A DNA stretch of 62,636 nt, filler included. It is 3 parts of 3 records of this genome, joined end to end, with 100 filler letters (N's around TTAATTAATTAA, not from the genome) between each part and the next. Parts side by side here need not be neighbours in the genome. Positions count along the whole stretch, not along the records: positions 1 to 29,769 come from SRR2962707_512; positions 29,870 to 52,741 come from SRR2962707_520; 1 more part is not named here. One strand, 5' to 3'. The position numbers and the translations under genes were made by a program. Positions 28,687 to 37,770 of this stretch are shown in pieces. The stretch's first letter is position 1. Every line of letters starts with the position of its first letter. Below the pieces are notes generated by a model, which was not told the origin of the DNA, searched no databases, and was given only the letters and a program-made list of their open reading frames with translations.

Positions 28687-29387
28687 AAGAACTCTTTGCA
28701 GTCACATTTAGCAAGCCACTTGGCATCGTCCTTTTTCAATTATTGGACGCAGCCCAATATACAATCTATCTATCGCTCATTGCTTTGATCGGGGGTGGCT
28801 TGGTTGGCTTTGCCATCACGCTTTGCCGTGTTGCACCATCGAAAATATCTAAGCGCATAGCGACCGGCTACATTTGGCTTTTCCAGTCAACACCGCTGCT
28901 GATGCTTCTCTTTCTTTTAGGGCTGGGTGTGCCGCGCTTGCTCGACATTCAAGTTAATCCATGGACGGCAGCGAGCATCGCACTGATACTCTATTCAAGC
29001 GCCTATATGGCAGACGTTTGGCGCGGTGCCATCGAGGCGCTGCCGGTTGGGCAATGGGAAGGTGGCCGCGCGCTTGGCTTATCATTCCTGCAAATCGTTC
29101 GCCTGATTATTGTGCCGCAAGCGCTTCGCTTATCCTTGGCACCTACTGTTGGATTTATGGTGCAAATCATCAAAGGCACGTCGCTCGCCTATATCATCGG
29201 CTTTCACGATCTAATGGCAATTGGCAAGCGCTGGGCCAACGCCCATGTCAGCGGCACGGAACCTTTCATCATTTTCCCACTCATGGCGCTCATCTACTTT
29301 TGCCTGTGCTTTCCTCTGTCCAACCTATCCAAACATTTAGAGAAAAAACTCGGCTCTGTGAAAAAGGAGAAGCCGGAAGTCGCCTAA
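28683..29387 (+). CDS. Polar amino-acid ABC transporter permease
   Basis: FQSTPLLMLL, GQWEGGRALG and KGTSLA; ATGA overlap with the previous gene. Confidence 0.92.
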   Translation: MKELFAVTFSKPLGIVLFQLLDAAQYTIYLSLIALIGGGLVGFAITLCRVAPSKISKRIATGYIWLFQSTPLLMLLFLLGLGVPRLLDIQVNPWTAASIALILYSSAYMADVWRGAIEALPVGQWEGGRALGLSFLQIVRLIIVPQALRLSLAPTVGFMVQIIKGTSLAYIIGFHDLMAIGKRWANAHVSGTEPFIIFPLMALIYFCLCFPLSNLSKHLEKKLGSVKKEKPEVA

Positions 29388-29415
29388 ACTTTCACCCAAC
29401 GCAAAGGAAATTTCT

Positions 29416-29769
29416 ATGTGGAAAAAACTGAAATCTATCGCACTTATGGCCTGTGTTGCCTCGCTATCTTTGGGCGTTCCTGCCCACGCTGAATTGTCTG
29501 ATATTTTGGCCGCGGGCAAAATCAAAATCGGCGTTCCTGAGAGCTTCCCGCCATTTGGTTCTTTGGGCGATGACGGCGAATATGAAGGCTATGATGTTGA
29601 TGTTGCCAAATTAATTGCTGAAAATTTGGAAGTTGAAGTGGAATTAATTCCCGTCACTTCAAAACAGCGCATTCCATTTCTTGAAACTGACAAGGTAGAT
29701 TTGATCATCTCTGTAATGGGCGCAAATCCAAGCCGCGCCAAATCGATCTGGTTCTCAAGTGCCTATGCC
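29416..29769 (+). CDS. Polar amino-acid ABC transporter substrate-binding protein (truncated at contig end)
   Basis: Signal peptide; FPPFG, GYDVDVA and RIPFL..KVD (SBP family 3). Confidence 0.88.
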
Positions 29770-29869
29770 NNNNNNNNNNNNNNNNNNNNNNNNNNNNNNN
29801 NNNNNNNNNNNNNTTAATTAATTAANNNNNNNNNNNNNNNNNNNNNNNNNNNNNNNNNNNNNNNNNNNN
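29770..29869. other. Artificial contig linker
   Basis: 44 N + TTAATTAATTAA (stops in all six frames) + 44 N. Confidence 0.97.
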
Positions 29870-30625
29870 TTCAAGGAATGGGAAGGCACGCCCTATTTCG
29901 ATGGCTGTCTGCCGATCGAGATCATGGCTGAACGTGGCCGCGAGACCCTGCGCCACGGCCCGATGAAGCCGATGGGACTGACCAATACCCACCAGCCCGA
30001 TATCAAGGCCTATGCAGTTGTGCAACTGCGCCAGGACAACGCACTGGGCACGCTCTACAATATGGTCGGGTTCCAGACCAAACTGAAATATGGCGCGCAG
30101 GGCGACATCATCCGGATGATTCCCGGCCTGCAGAACGCCGAATTTGCCCGGCTCGGCGGCCTGCATCGCAACACCTATCTCAATTCACCGCTGCTGCTTG
30201 ATGGAAGTCTGCAACTCAAAAGCCGTCCCGGCCTGCGCTTTGCCGGCCAGATCACCGGCTGCGAAGGCTATGTCGAAAGTGCAGCCATGGGCCTGCTTGC
30301 AGGACGGTTCGCAGCCGCCGAGCGGTTGGGTGAAGAATTGGCGCCGCCACCACTGACATCCGCTTTCGGCGCGCTTCTCAACCACATCACAGGCGGGCAT
30401 CTGGTCAGCCATGATGAGCCGGGCAAGCGATCGTTCCAGCCGATGAACGTCAATTTCGGCCTGTTCCCACCGCTTGATCCCGGCGCGATTGTGCGCCCCG
30501 AAGGCGGAGGCCGATTCCGCGGCAAGGACAAGGCAAAGGCCAAGAAGCAAGCCATGGCGCGGCGCGCTCTGACCGACTTTGCCGCATGGCTGGGCAACAC
30601 CGGGGCTCAGCAAGCCGCCGAATAG
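29870..30625 (+). CDS. trmFO: FAD-dependent tRNA m5U54 methyltransferase TrmFO (5' truncated)
   Basis: [42 protein letters not shown] and FQPMNVNFG. Confidence 0.95.
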   Translation, partial: FKEWEGTPYFDGCLPIEIMAERGRETLRHGPMKPMGLTNTHQPDIKAYAVVQLRQDNALGTLYNMVGFQTKLKYGAQGDIIRMIPGLQNAEFARLGGLHRNTYLNSPLLLDGSLQLKSRPGLRFAGQITGCEGYVESAAMGLLAGRFAAAERLGEELAPPPLTSAFGALLNHITGGHLVSHDEPGKRSFQPMNVNFGLFPPLDPGAIVRPEGGGRFRGKDKAKAKKQAMARRALTDFAAWLGNTGAQQAAE

Positions 30626-30676
30626 CGTCCGGAAAGACAATCACCACCGCTCCTGGCCGTCGGGCCGGGAGATCCG

Positions 30677-31648
30677 CTACTCCGCCGGCACCACCCGGCG
30701 ACCGGCGAGCGGTTCGGAACCAGGCAATCCTGGTGCACCCGCTGTTTCCGGATTGCGCGCCACATAATCAGCTTTCAGCTCTTCAGAGCCCTTTCGCGAC
30801 CCGTCGTGGCTCCAGCCCGGCGGTGCAAACAAGTAAGCCAGCCTCTGCCTGATCGTCAGGCCGGGCCGAGCCGCATCTCGGAACATGTCGATCCATTCGT
30901 GAAATGCCACCCTGACCGGATTGAACGTACCGATGTTCTTGACGATGCCGTAGCGCGGCATGTCCTCGTCCTGCTCGGGCACAAAACTTCCAAACATCCG
31001 GTCCCAGATAATCAGCGTTCCGGCATAGTTCGAATCGAGATAGCGCGGATTGGTGGCGTGATGCACCCGGTGGTGCGATGGCGTGTTGAAGATCAACTCA
31101 ATCGGCCGCCACATTTTGCCGATCGTCTCGGTGTGGATCCAGAATTGGTAAACCAGATTGAGACCACCGACAAACAGCAACAGCACCGGATGAAACCCGA
31201 GCAGCGCCAGCGGAATTCTCAGGATGAACATCCCGGTAAACGTTCCGGTCCAGCTCTGCCGAAGTGCGGTCGACAAATTGTAGTGCTGCGAGGAGTGGTG
31301 AATCACATGCTCCGCCCAGACCCAGCGGCAACGGTGCGCAATGCGATGGTACCAGTAGTAGCGCAAATCATCGACAACGAAACACAGCGCTATCACCGCC
31401 CAGGATGTGCCAAGATCGACAATCCGGTACTGCCAGGCCCACATCAGCACGCCGAAGGCCACAAACCCCAGCAGCAGGCCAGAGGCGACATTTCCCACCC
31501 CCATCAACAGCGAAGTGGTAGTGTCACGGGTTTCGTAATCGCCGCGTCCCTTGAAATAGCGGATGACGAACAGCTCGATCAGGATCGCTATGACGAAAAA
31601 CGGGATCGCCAATTGGGTGACATCAGGAAAATCCTTGAGGTCAGGCAT
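30677..31648 (-). CDS. Sterol desaturase/fatty-acid hydroxylase family di-iron enzyme, alkylglycerol monooxygenase-like
   Basis: His boxes HRIAH, HVIHH, WIHTE and HHRVHH; YNLSTALRQS; start at MPDL (31648) overlaps the upstream stop. Confidence 0.85.
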   Translation of the reverse strand: MPDLKDFPDVTQLAIPFFVIAILIELFVIRYFKGRGDYETRDTTTSLLMGVGNVASGLLLGFVAFGVLMWAWQYRIVDLGTSWAVIALCFVVDDLRYYWYHRIAHRCRWVWAEHVIHHSSQHYNLSTALRQSWTGTFTGMFILRIPLALLGFHPVLLLFVGGLNLVYQFWIHTETIGKMWRPIELIFNTPSHHRVHHATNPRYLDSNYAGTLIIWDRMFGSFVPEQDEDMPRYGIVKNIGTFNPVRVAFHEWIDMFRDAARPGLTIRQRLAYLFAPPGWSHDGSRKGSEELKADYVARNPETAGAPGLPGSEPLAGRRVVPAE

Positions 31649-32099
31649 TCCCGTCCGCCTCAGGTTTCTCAAGCTCCGCCGTTGCCATCGCGAAGCTGCC
31701 GCACAGCCACAACGACACTTCGGCAGCGTCTTCCGCCGAATCGAAAACGTAGTCTCCGCCCTTCAGCGTGGATTCGTGAAACTCGATGTGCAGACCGGGC
31801 TGATCCTCGACCGGTTGCACACTGACATCGCCTGGCAGAATCAGTCGCGCCACCTGATGACGTCCCATGGTTTGGATGAATCCGGTCTTGCCGTCGGCGA
31901 GCCTGAAAAAACTGGCATTGCCGTCTTTGGTAATCGTCACCGAGCGGATCGCTTCGCCCGGATAGGCGCGAGCAAATTCCAGAATAACCTCTCCATGGTC
32001 ACGACCACTCTTGCCGCGCGATCCACCAGTGTAGTGAACCACACCAATCAGCAGCGTAACCGCAAAGGCAACAACAACAACCAGGGCACCAAGACTCAT
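31641..32099 (-). CDS. Hypothetical membrane-anchored protein, coupled to the hydroxylase
   Basis: GGAGGA RBS, N-terminal TM helix and 8-nt overlap with the downstream gene. Confidence 0.7.
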   Translation of the reverse strand: MSLGALVVVVAFAVTLLIGVVHYTGGSRGKSGRDHGEVILEFARAYPGEAIRSVTITKDGNASFFRLADGKTGFIQTMGRHQVARLILPGDVSVQPVEDQPGLHIEFHESTLKGGDYVFDSAEDAAEVSLWLCGSFAMATAELEKPEADGNA

Positions 32100-32191
32100 G
32101 CATTCCTCCGCTTGACGTAGTTCCCGTCCGCGTCAATTTAGTGACTATGCCGCGCATCCCGACAACGCGCAAGGCATCCCGATACGCGAGC

Positions 32192-32205
32192 TTGACGCTC
32201 ATCAA
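32192..32205. promoter_or_regulatory. Putative FNR/FixK box
   Basis: TTGAC-GCTC-ATCAA (consensus TTGAT-N4-ATCAA), about 100 bp upstream of the 32099 start. Confidence 0.45.
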
Positions 32206-32238
32206 GACGCAGAAAGCTTGCTCCAGACTGTGGTTGAA

Positions 32239-33108
32239 TCAGATTCTGCCGCGGCGTGCGGCGCGCCATAATTGAATTTGCCGGCGCCATTGTGGCAGCC
32301 GCACCGACGCTGACAGGCAATCAGCAGCCTGCTTCCCGGCACGCTCAAGCACGGCTTCAACCAGGGCCACCGGCAGATAGGCCGGTTTGACAACGGCCGG
32401 CACGTCAGCCAGTGCCGCGCGTGCCTTGGCAAGATGATCCCGTCCAAAACCGGCAAAGGCGCGTACAGCATTGGCTGCCCGTTCCGGATTGCCACCGGCA
32501 AGAAAGCTGTCCCTGTCGAGGCCGGTGGCTGAAAGCAGATCCCCGGGGATGAACACCTGGCCCCTGGCCTGTGAAATCGGCAGCAGCATCAAATGCCCGG
32601 CGACAGCCTGGGCGACACCGGCATGCCCGCTGGCCGTGCTGGTTTGCGAAGCTGCAGCCGGATCGAGCAGAAAAGCCGTCATCTGCAAAAGCGATGAGGC
32701 TGTTTCGCCGGCATAGCCCTCGTAGCTGGTCCGGTCCGGCATGGGATCATCATAAAGATCGAAGATCCGCGCGTCGCACATGGCGAGCAACGGCTCGACG
32801 GGAAGGTTCCGGCGCTCGATCAGACCAAGCAACAACGCGCCAACAGGATGTGCCTGCGCCTCGTCACTCCGGTCACCCGCCACCATGTCCCGCCACCATT
32901 GCAGGCGCATTTCTCCGGGCAACGGCTCACGGACGCGATCGCGGACAGATGCAATCTCGGCATTGAACAAAAACAGCGCCAACACATCATCGCGAACGCG
33001 ATCCGGCATCAGCAACAACGCCAGATACCGGTCGATATCGGATTCGCGAAGGCTCGCCAGAATTTGAGATCTGGTTTGCTCTGACAACCCGGCTGGCATC
33101 GACGTCAT
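32239..33108 (-). CDS. Phytoene/squalene synthase family protein (NDUFAF6-like)
   Basis: D.DRYLALL, FNAEIA.VRDRVREPLPGEMRLQWW, AR.FDLYDDP and YAGETAS. Confidence 0.85.
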   Translation of the reverse strand: MTSMPAGLSEQTRSQILASLRESDIDRYLALLLMPDRVRDDVLALFLFNAEIASVRDRVREPLPGEMRLQWWRDMVAGDRSDEAQAHPVGALLLGLIERRNLPVEPLLAMCDARIFDLYDDPMPDRTSYEGYAGETASSLLQMTAFLLDPAAASQTSTASGHAGVAQAVAGHLMLLPISQARGQVFIPGDLLSATGLDRDSFLAGGNPERAANAVRAFAGFGRDHLAKARAALADVPAVVKPAYLPVALVEAVLERAGKQAADCLSASVRLPQWRRQIQLWRAARRGRI

Positions 33109-33497
33109 CCTTCGACGGCGATCAAAGCGGCTGCGACCGCACGGGATTCCGACAACATGACGTTGTAGGTCCGCACTGCCGCCCCGGTGCTCATCGGATC
33201 CGATGAAATATTCGACGCCCGCAGCGCTGCCTTCAAATCCGCAGGCAAGTGGCGGATTGACGGCCCCGTACCAACCAGAAGGAACTCGATGTCTTTTGCT
33301 TCAGCAAGAACCTGCTGAAACAGCTCGACGGTCAGCGGTTGGCCTTCGGCAATGTCCCATTCGTGAACCCCCGATGGCAGGCACAGAATCGAGCCGCGAT
33401 GCGACATGTCGGCAAACCGGAACCCGCCATTTCCGTAGGCGTCTATGGGTGGACGCCCCGGAAAATGGGCGGCGCGAATCTCGATGCCGGAGGCCAT
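33105..33497 (-). CDS. Mth938-like domain protein (NDUFAF3/DUF498)
   Basis: PIDAYGNGGFRF, LLVGTG and MSTGAAVRTYNVMLSE.R.VAAALI. Confidence 0.88.
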   Translation of the reverse strand: MASGIEIRAAHFPGRPPIDAYGNGGFRFADMSHRGSILCLPSGVHEWDIAEGQPLTVELFQQVLAEAKDIEFLLVGTGPSIRHLPADLKAALRASNISSDPMSTGAAVRTYNVMLSESRAVAAALIAVEG

Positions 33498-33500
33498 ACC

Positions 33501-36071
33501 TCAGACCCTGCTTTGATCCGCACCGTCGGGCACAGTTTCCGCCTCGGTGTCGGTGTCCATGCCGACGCGGAAATTGTCCGCTCTCAGCTTGAACAGGATC
33601 AACACCGGCGCTGCGATGAAGATCGACGAATAGGTGCCGACCACCACGCCAAAGATCATCGCAAACGTGAAGGACCGAATGACCTCGCCGCCGAAGATGA
33701 ACAGCGCAAGAAGTGCCAGAAGCGTCGTCAGCGATGTAAGGATCGTCCGCGGCAACATCTGGTTGATCGACAGATCAAGCAGACTGGTCAGCGGCAACTT
33801 CTTGTATCGCCTCAGGTTTTCGCGAACACGGTCATACACCACCACTGTATCGTTGAGCGAGTAACCGACAATTGTCAGCACCGCCGCGATACTCGACAGG
33901 TTGAACTCGATTCCTGAAATCACGAAGATGCCGATGGTCAGCACAACGTCGTGCACGGTCGCGATGATCGCGCCGAGCGCAAACTGCCACTCGAACCGGA
34001 ACCAGATATAGACCAGAATGGCCAGCAGCGACGCAATCACGGCAATTGTGCCAGCCTGCGCCAGTTCACCGGAAACAGTCGGGCCGACGACCTCCACGCG
34101 GCGAATATCGTAATCGCCTTCGAGTTCACCGCGCACCAGCGTGATGACGGTCTGCTCGGCGTTCTCACCGCCGCCCTGTGCCTGCACCCGGATCAACACT
34201 TCCCGGGGTGAGCCAAATTCCTGCACCTGGATATCACCAAGATTGAGCTCCGACATCCGCGCACGGATATCGCCAACATCGGCATTGCCGTCCTTGGCCT
34301 GGACCTCGATCATCGATCCACCCTTGAAATCGATGCCATAATTCATGTTGATCGTGGCAAACAGAGCCATGGCCGCAAGCGACAGCACGGCTGAAGCCAC
34401 GAAAGTGAACCGGCGGATCCGCATGAAGCGGAAGTTGAAGTCCCGGATGATCGCGTCGAGCGCACCCTTAGGCATGCTCTTGGGACGTCTGCGACGCACC
34501 CATTCCGCCACCATCCAGCGTGTGAAGGTGAAAGCGGTAAACACCGTTGTGGCAATACCGACGGCAAGTGTGATGGCAAAGCCGCGAACCGGCCCGGTGC
34601 CGAGATAAAACAGGATGACAGCTGCAATCAGCGTGGTGACGTTGGCATCAAGGATTGTAGCGAAGGCCTTGGAGAAACCGGCGTCAATCGCCTGGATCAG
34701 GGATCGCCCTGCCCGGTGCTCCTCACGAATGCGTTCGTAGATCAGCACGTTGGAGTCCACCGCCATACCGACGGTCAGCACGATACCGGCAATGCCCGGT
34801 AGGGTCAGTGTCGCTCCCAACAGCGTCAGGATTGCAATGATCATGAAGACGTTGGCGATCAGCGCAAGATTGGCGATGAAGCCAAGCATGCCGTAAGCCA
34901 CGAACATGAACGCCAGCACAAGCACAGCGCCGATGATACCCGCGATTTCGCCAGCAGCAACCGAGTCTGCTCCCAGACCGGGACCGACAGTCCGCTCTTC
35001 AATCACTGTCAGCGTCGCGGGCAAGGCGCCGGCACGCAGCAGAATCGCCAGATCGTTGGCGCTCTGGACGTCGAAATTGCCTGAAATCTGGCCTGTACCA
35101 CCGAGGATAGGCTCACGGATCACTGGTGCGGAGACAACCTGATCATCGAGCACAATGGCGAATGGCAGGCCGACAAACTGTGTGGTGGCCTGACCGAAGC
35201 GCTGCCCGCCCTTGGAATCAAACCGGAAGCTGACAATCGGTTCATTGGTGCGCTGGTCGTAGCCCGCCTGGGCATCGACAAGGTTTTCACCCGACACCAG
35301 AACCGTGCGCTGAACGAGATAGGGAATCGGCGGATCGTCGGTGGTGTAGAGAACTTCCGAGCTTGCCGGTGGGCGGCCCTGAATGGCTTCCTGGACAGGC
35401 ATCGTCGTGTCGACCATGCGGAAGGCGAGTTTCGCAGTCTGGTTGAGCAGGTTCTTCAACCGCTCAGGATCATCAAGTCCCGGAACCTGCACCAGAATAC
35501 GGTCAGCACCCTGACGCTGGATAATGGGTTCTGTGGTTCCCAGTTCGTCAATACGCTTGCGCACCACCTCGATCGACTGCGCCACTGCAGATGAAACACG
35601 ATAGGTGATACCGTCATCCGTCAGCAGGATACGCAATTGTCCCGGCTGCATTTCCTCGACCGTCGCTTCAGCCACTGTGCCGCCGCCAAACAGGCCTGAA
35701 TTGACCGGTAGAGACAGCTCCGCAAGAATTTCCTTGGCTTCTTCGACCCTTGCATCGTCACGGATTCGCACCTGAACCATCTGGCCGGTGCCTGACAGAC
35801 CCGTGTAACCGATGCCTGCCTCACGCAACAACCGCCGCACATCATCAACGGTTGTCGTCAACCGGTCCTTGATGATGTCTTCGCGTTCCACCTGCAACAG
35901 CATGTAGGAACCGCCCTGCAGATCGAGACCGAGGGTGAGTTGCTTGGAAGGCACCCATTCCGGCAGACCATCGGCCTGCTGTTTGCTGAGAATGTTCGGG
36001 AACGCGAACACCACCCCGGCAAGCACCGCAAGCCAGATGAGAGTTGTTTTCCAACGGGAGAAATAAAGCAT
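33501..36071 (-). CDS. secDF: Protein translocase subunit SecDF (fused)
   Basis: LGLDLQGG, LRAGALPA, GMAVDSNVLIYERIRE, GIDFKGG and GYSLNDTVVVYDRVREN. Confidence 0.95.
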   Translation of the reverse strand: MLYFSRWKTTLIWLAVLAGVVFAFPNILSKQQADGLPEWVPSKQLTLGLDLQGGSYMLLQVEREDIIKDRLTTTVDDVRRLLREAGIGYTGLSGTGQMVQVRIRDDARVEEAKEILAELSLPVNSGLFGGGTVAEATVEEMQPGQLRILLTDDGITYRVSSAVAQSIEVVRKRIDELGTTEPIIQRQGADRILVQVPGLDDPERLKNLLNQTAKLAFRMVDTTMPVQEAIQGRPPASSEVLYTTDDPPIPYLVQRTVLVSGENLVDAQAGYDQRTNEPIVSFRFDSKGGQRFGQATTQFVGLPFAIVLDDQVVSAPVIREPILGGTGQISGNFDVQSANDLAILLRAGALPATLTVIEERTVGPGLGADSVAAGEIAGIIGAVLVLAFMFVAYGMLGFIANLALIANVFMIIAILTLLGATLTLPGIAGIVLTVGMAVDSNVLIYERIREEHRAGRSLIQAIDAGFSKAFATILDANVTTLIAAVILFYLGTGPVRGFAITLAVGIATTVFTAFTFTRWMVAEWVRRRRPKSMPKGALDAIIRDFNFRFMRIRRFTFVASAVLSLAAMALFATINMNYGIDFKGGSMIEVQAKDGNADVGDIRARMSELNLGDIQVQEFGSPREVLIRVQAQGGGENAEQTVITLVRGELEGDYDIRRVEVVGPTVSGELAQAGTIAVIASLLAILVYIWFRFEWQFALGAIIATVHDVVLTIGIFVISGIEFNLSSIAAVLTIVGYSLNDTVVVYDRVRENLRRYKKLPLTSLLDLSINQMLPRTILTSLTTLLALLALFIFGGEVIRSFTFAMIFGVVVGTYSSIFIAAPVLILFKLRADNFRVGMDTDTEAETVPDGADQSRV

Positions 36072-36165
36072 GGGGCTCTCGGTTCATCCTCGGGGACGAA
36101 ATGGGGTAAGTTGATAGGAAGTGCCGGTTGGCGGACAGAAGCAGCCTTCTGCCCGCATATTACAG

Positions 36166-36495
36166 CTATTCCTTGGCCGGCTCGCCCTTGACGCGAACAT
36201 CGGCAATCAGGCTGCGAACCAGACGAACCTTGACGCCATCGGAAATCTCGACTTCCAGCTCGGAATCATCAATCACCTTGGTGACCTTGGCGATCATGCC
36301 GCCGCCAGTCACCACCTGGTCGCCGCGGCGAACATTGGCGAGCATTTCCGTGCGTTTTTTCATCTGTGTGCGCTGTGGGCGAATGATGAGAAAATACATG
36401 ATCACGAAGATCAGCAGGAAAGGCAGGATCGACATCAGGATCTCGCTGCCGCCGCCGCCGAGTGCGGACTGGGCATAGGCCGGGGTTACAAACAT
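36166..36495 (-). CDS. yajC: Preprotein translocase subunit YajC
   Basis: MFVTPAYAQ, YFLIIRPQ and GDQVVTGGG; AAGGAG RBS before ATG 36495. Confidence 0.95.
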   Translation of the reverse strand: MFVTPAYAQSALGGGGSEILMSILPFLLIFVIMYFLIIRPQRTQMKKRTEMLANVRRGDQVVTGGGMIAKVTKVIDDSELEVEISDGVKVRLVRSLIADVRVKGEPAKE

Positions 36496-36802
36496 GAAAA
36501 ACTCCTTGAAGATAAAGCATGGGGCCCCGAAAACGGGCCGCCAATAGTCGAGCGGAATATAGTGGCAAGATGGGCGATTGCAACGCAAACATGGCCTCTG
36601 CCCACCTGAATTCCGGCTCAAAACCGCTTTTCGCCATAACCACGCCGTGCTACCCGCTCTTTACCACCTCTCAGCCAGATCGCTTTTGCCGGTTCCCCGG
36701 CATAACAACCAGGCAAATGGTGGAGTGAAGCATGCAATTTTGTACGAAACTGCAGCCCACCTAACGCACAAATGACACATCCGTCAGCAACGGGACCAAA
36801 AC

Positions 36803-37672
36803 ATGCAAGACCAGACCGCTCAGCAGATCCTCGCAGAACTCGCCCGGCTTTCCCGCGCAGTCGAAGCCCTGGCGCCAACACCGCACCCGGCTATTGATTT
36901 TACGACCGCAGACTGCTTTGTCTGGAATGCTGATGCCCACCATCTCGCTCCCGTCGGCAAACCCAACCGCATCGACATACGTCTGATCAAGGGTGTTGAT
37001 CACGTCCGTGATATCCTGGTCGACAACACCCGTCGCTTTGCCCGCGGCTTGCCGGCCAACAATGTGCTGCTGTGGGGCGCGCGCGGCATGGGTAAATCGT
37101 CACTGGTCAAATCCGCCCATGCCGAACTCTCGGCCGAAGCGGAGACGATCACTTCCCTGAAACTGATCGAAATACACCGCGAAGACATCAATTCCCTGCC
37201 CGAACTGATGGCTATCCTGAGACCATCGGAATCGCGTTTCATCCTGTTTTGCGATGATCTGTCGTTCGATCACGATGACACGGCTTACAAATCGCTCAAG
37301 GCAGCACTTGATGGCGGCATCGAGGGACGCCCGGAAAATGTTGTGCTCTATGCCACATCAAATCGCAGGCATCTGCTGCCACGCGACATGATGGAAAACG
37401 AACGTTCCACGGCCATCAATCCCAGTGAAGCTGTCGAAGAAAAGGTCTCCCTCTCCGACCGGTTCGGACTGTGGCTCGGCTTTCACAAATGCAACCAGGA
37501 TGAGTACCTGGAAATGGTCACAGGCTATGCCGACCATTTCGACCTGAAAATCACATCCGAAGATTTGCAGGCCCAGGCACTCGAATGGTCCACGACGCGC
37601 GGCGCGCGCTCCGGGCGCGTTGCCTGGCAATTCATCCAGGATCTCGCCGGACGCGCCGGACAGAAACTCTGA
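36803..37672 (+). CDS. DUF815-type AAA+ ATPase
   Basis: LLWGARGMGKSS, FCDDLSF, YATSNRRHL and EEKVSLSDRFGLWLGF. Confidence 0.88.
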   Translation: MQDQTAQQILAELARLSRAVEALAPTPHPAIDFTTADCFVWNADAHHLAPVGKPNRIDIRLIKGVDHVRDILVDNTRRFARGLPANNVLLWGARGMGKSSLVKSAHAELSAEAETITSLKLIEIHREDINSLPELMAILRPSESRFILFCDDLSFDHDDTAYKSLKAALDGGIEGRPENVVLYATSNRRHLLPRDMMENERSTAINPSEAVEEKVSLSDRFGLWLGFHKCNQDEYLEMVTGYADHFDLKITSEDLQAQALEWSTTRGARSGRVAWQFIQDLAGRAGQKL

Positions 37673-37714
37673 GCAAGCTTGGCATAGCTGCTAAGGCAGG
37701 ACCATCAAGACAAG

Positions 37715-37745
37715 AAAAAAGGCCGGCACTCGAAAGCACCGGCCT
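37715..37745 (-). terminator. Rho-independent terminator of nlpD
   Basis: Minus strand GGCCGGTGCT-TTCG-AGTGCCGGCC followed by TTTTTT. Confidence 0.75.
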
Positions 37746-37770
37746 CTCCCACTTTCGCCTGGAGGGGCGT

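Noticed and set aside
29814-29825. Palindromic TTAATTAATTAA (also 52786-52797), resembling a repeat or att site
   Set aside because: Embedded in N runs; a standard six-frame-stop contig linker
30806-31825. 339-aa plus-strand ORF
   Set aside because: Antisense shadow of the hydroxylase gene in high-GC DNA; no recognisable motifs
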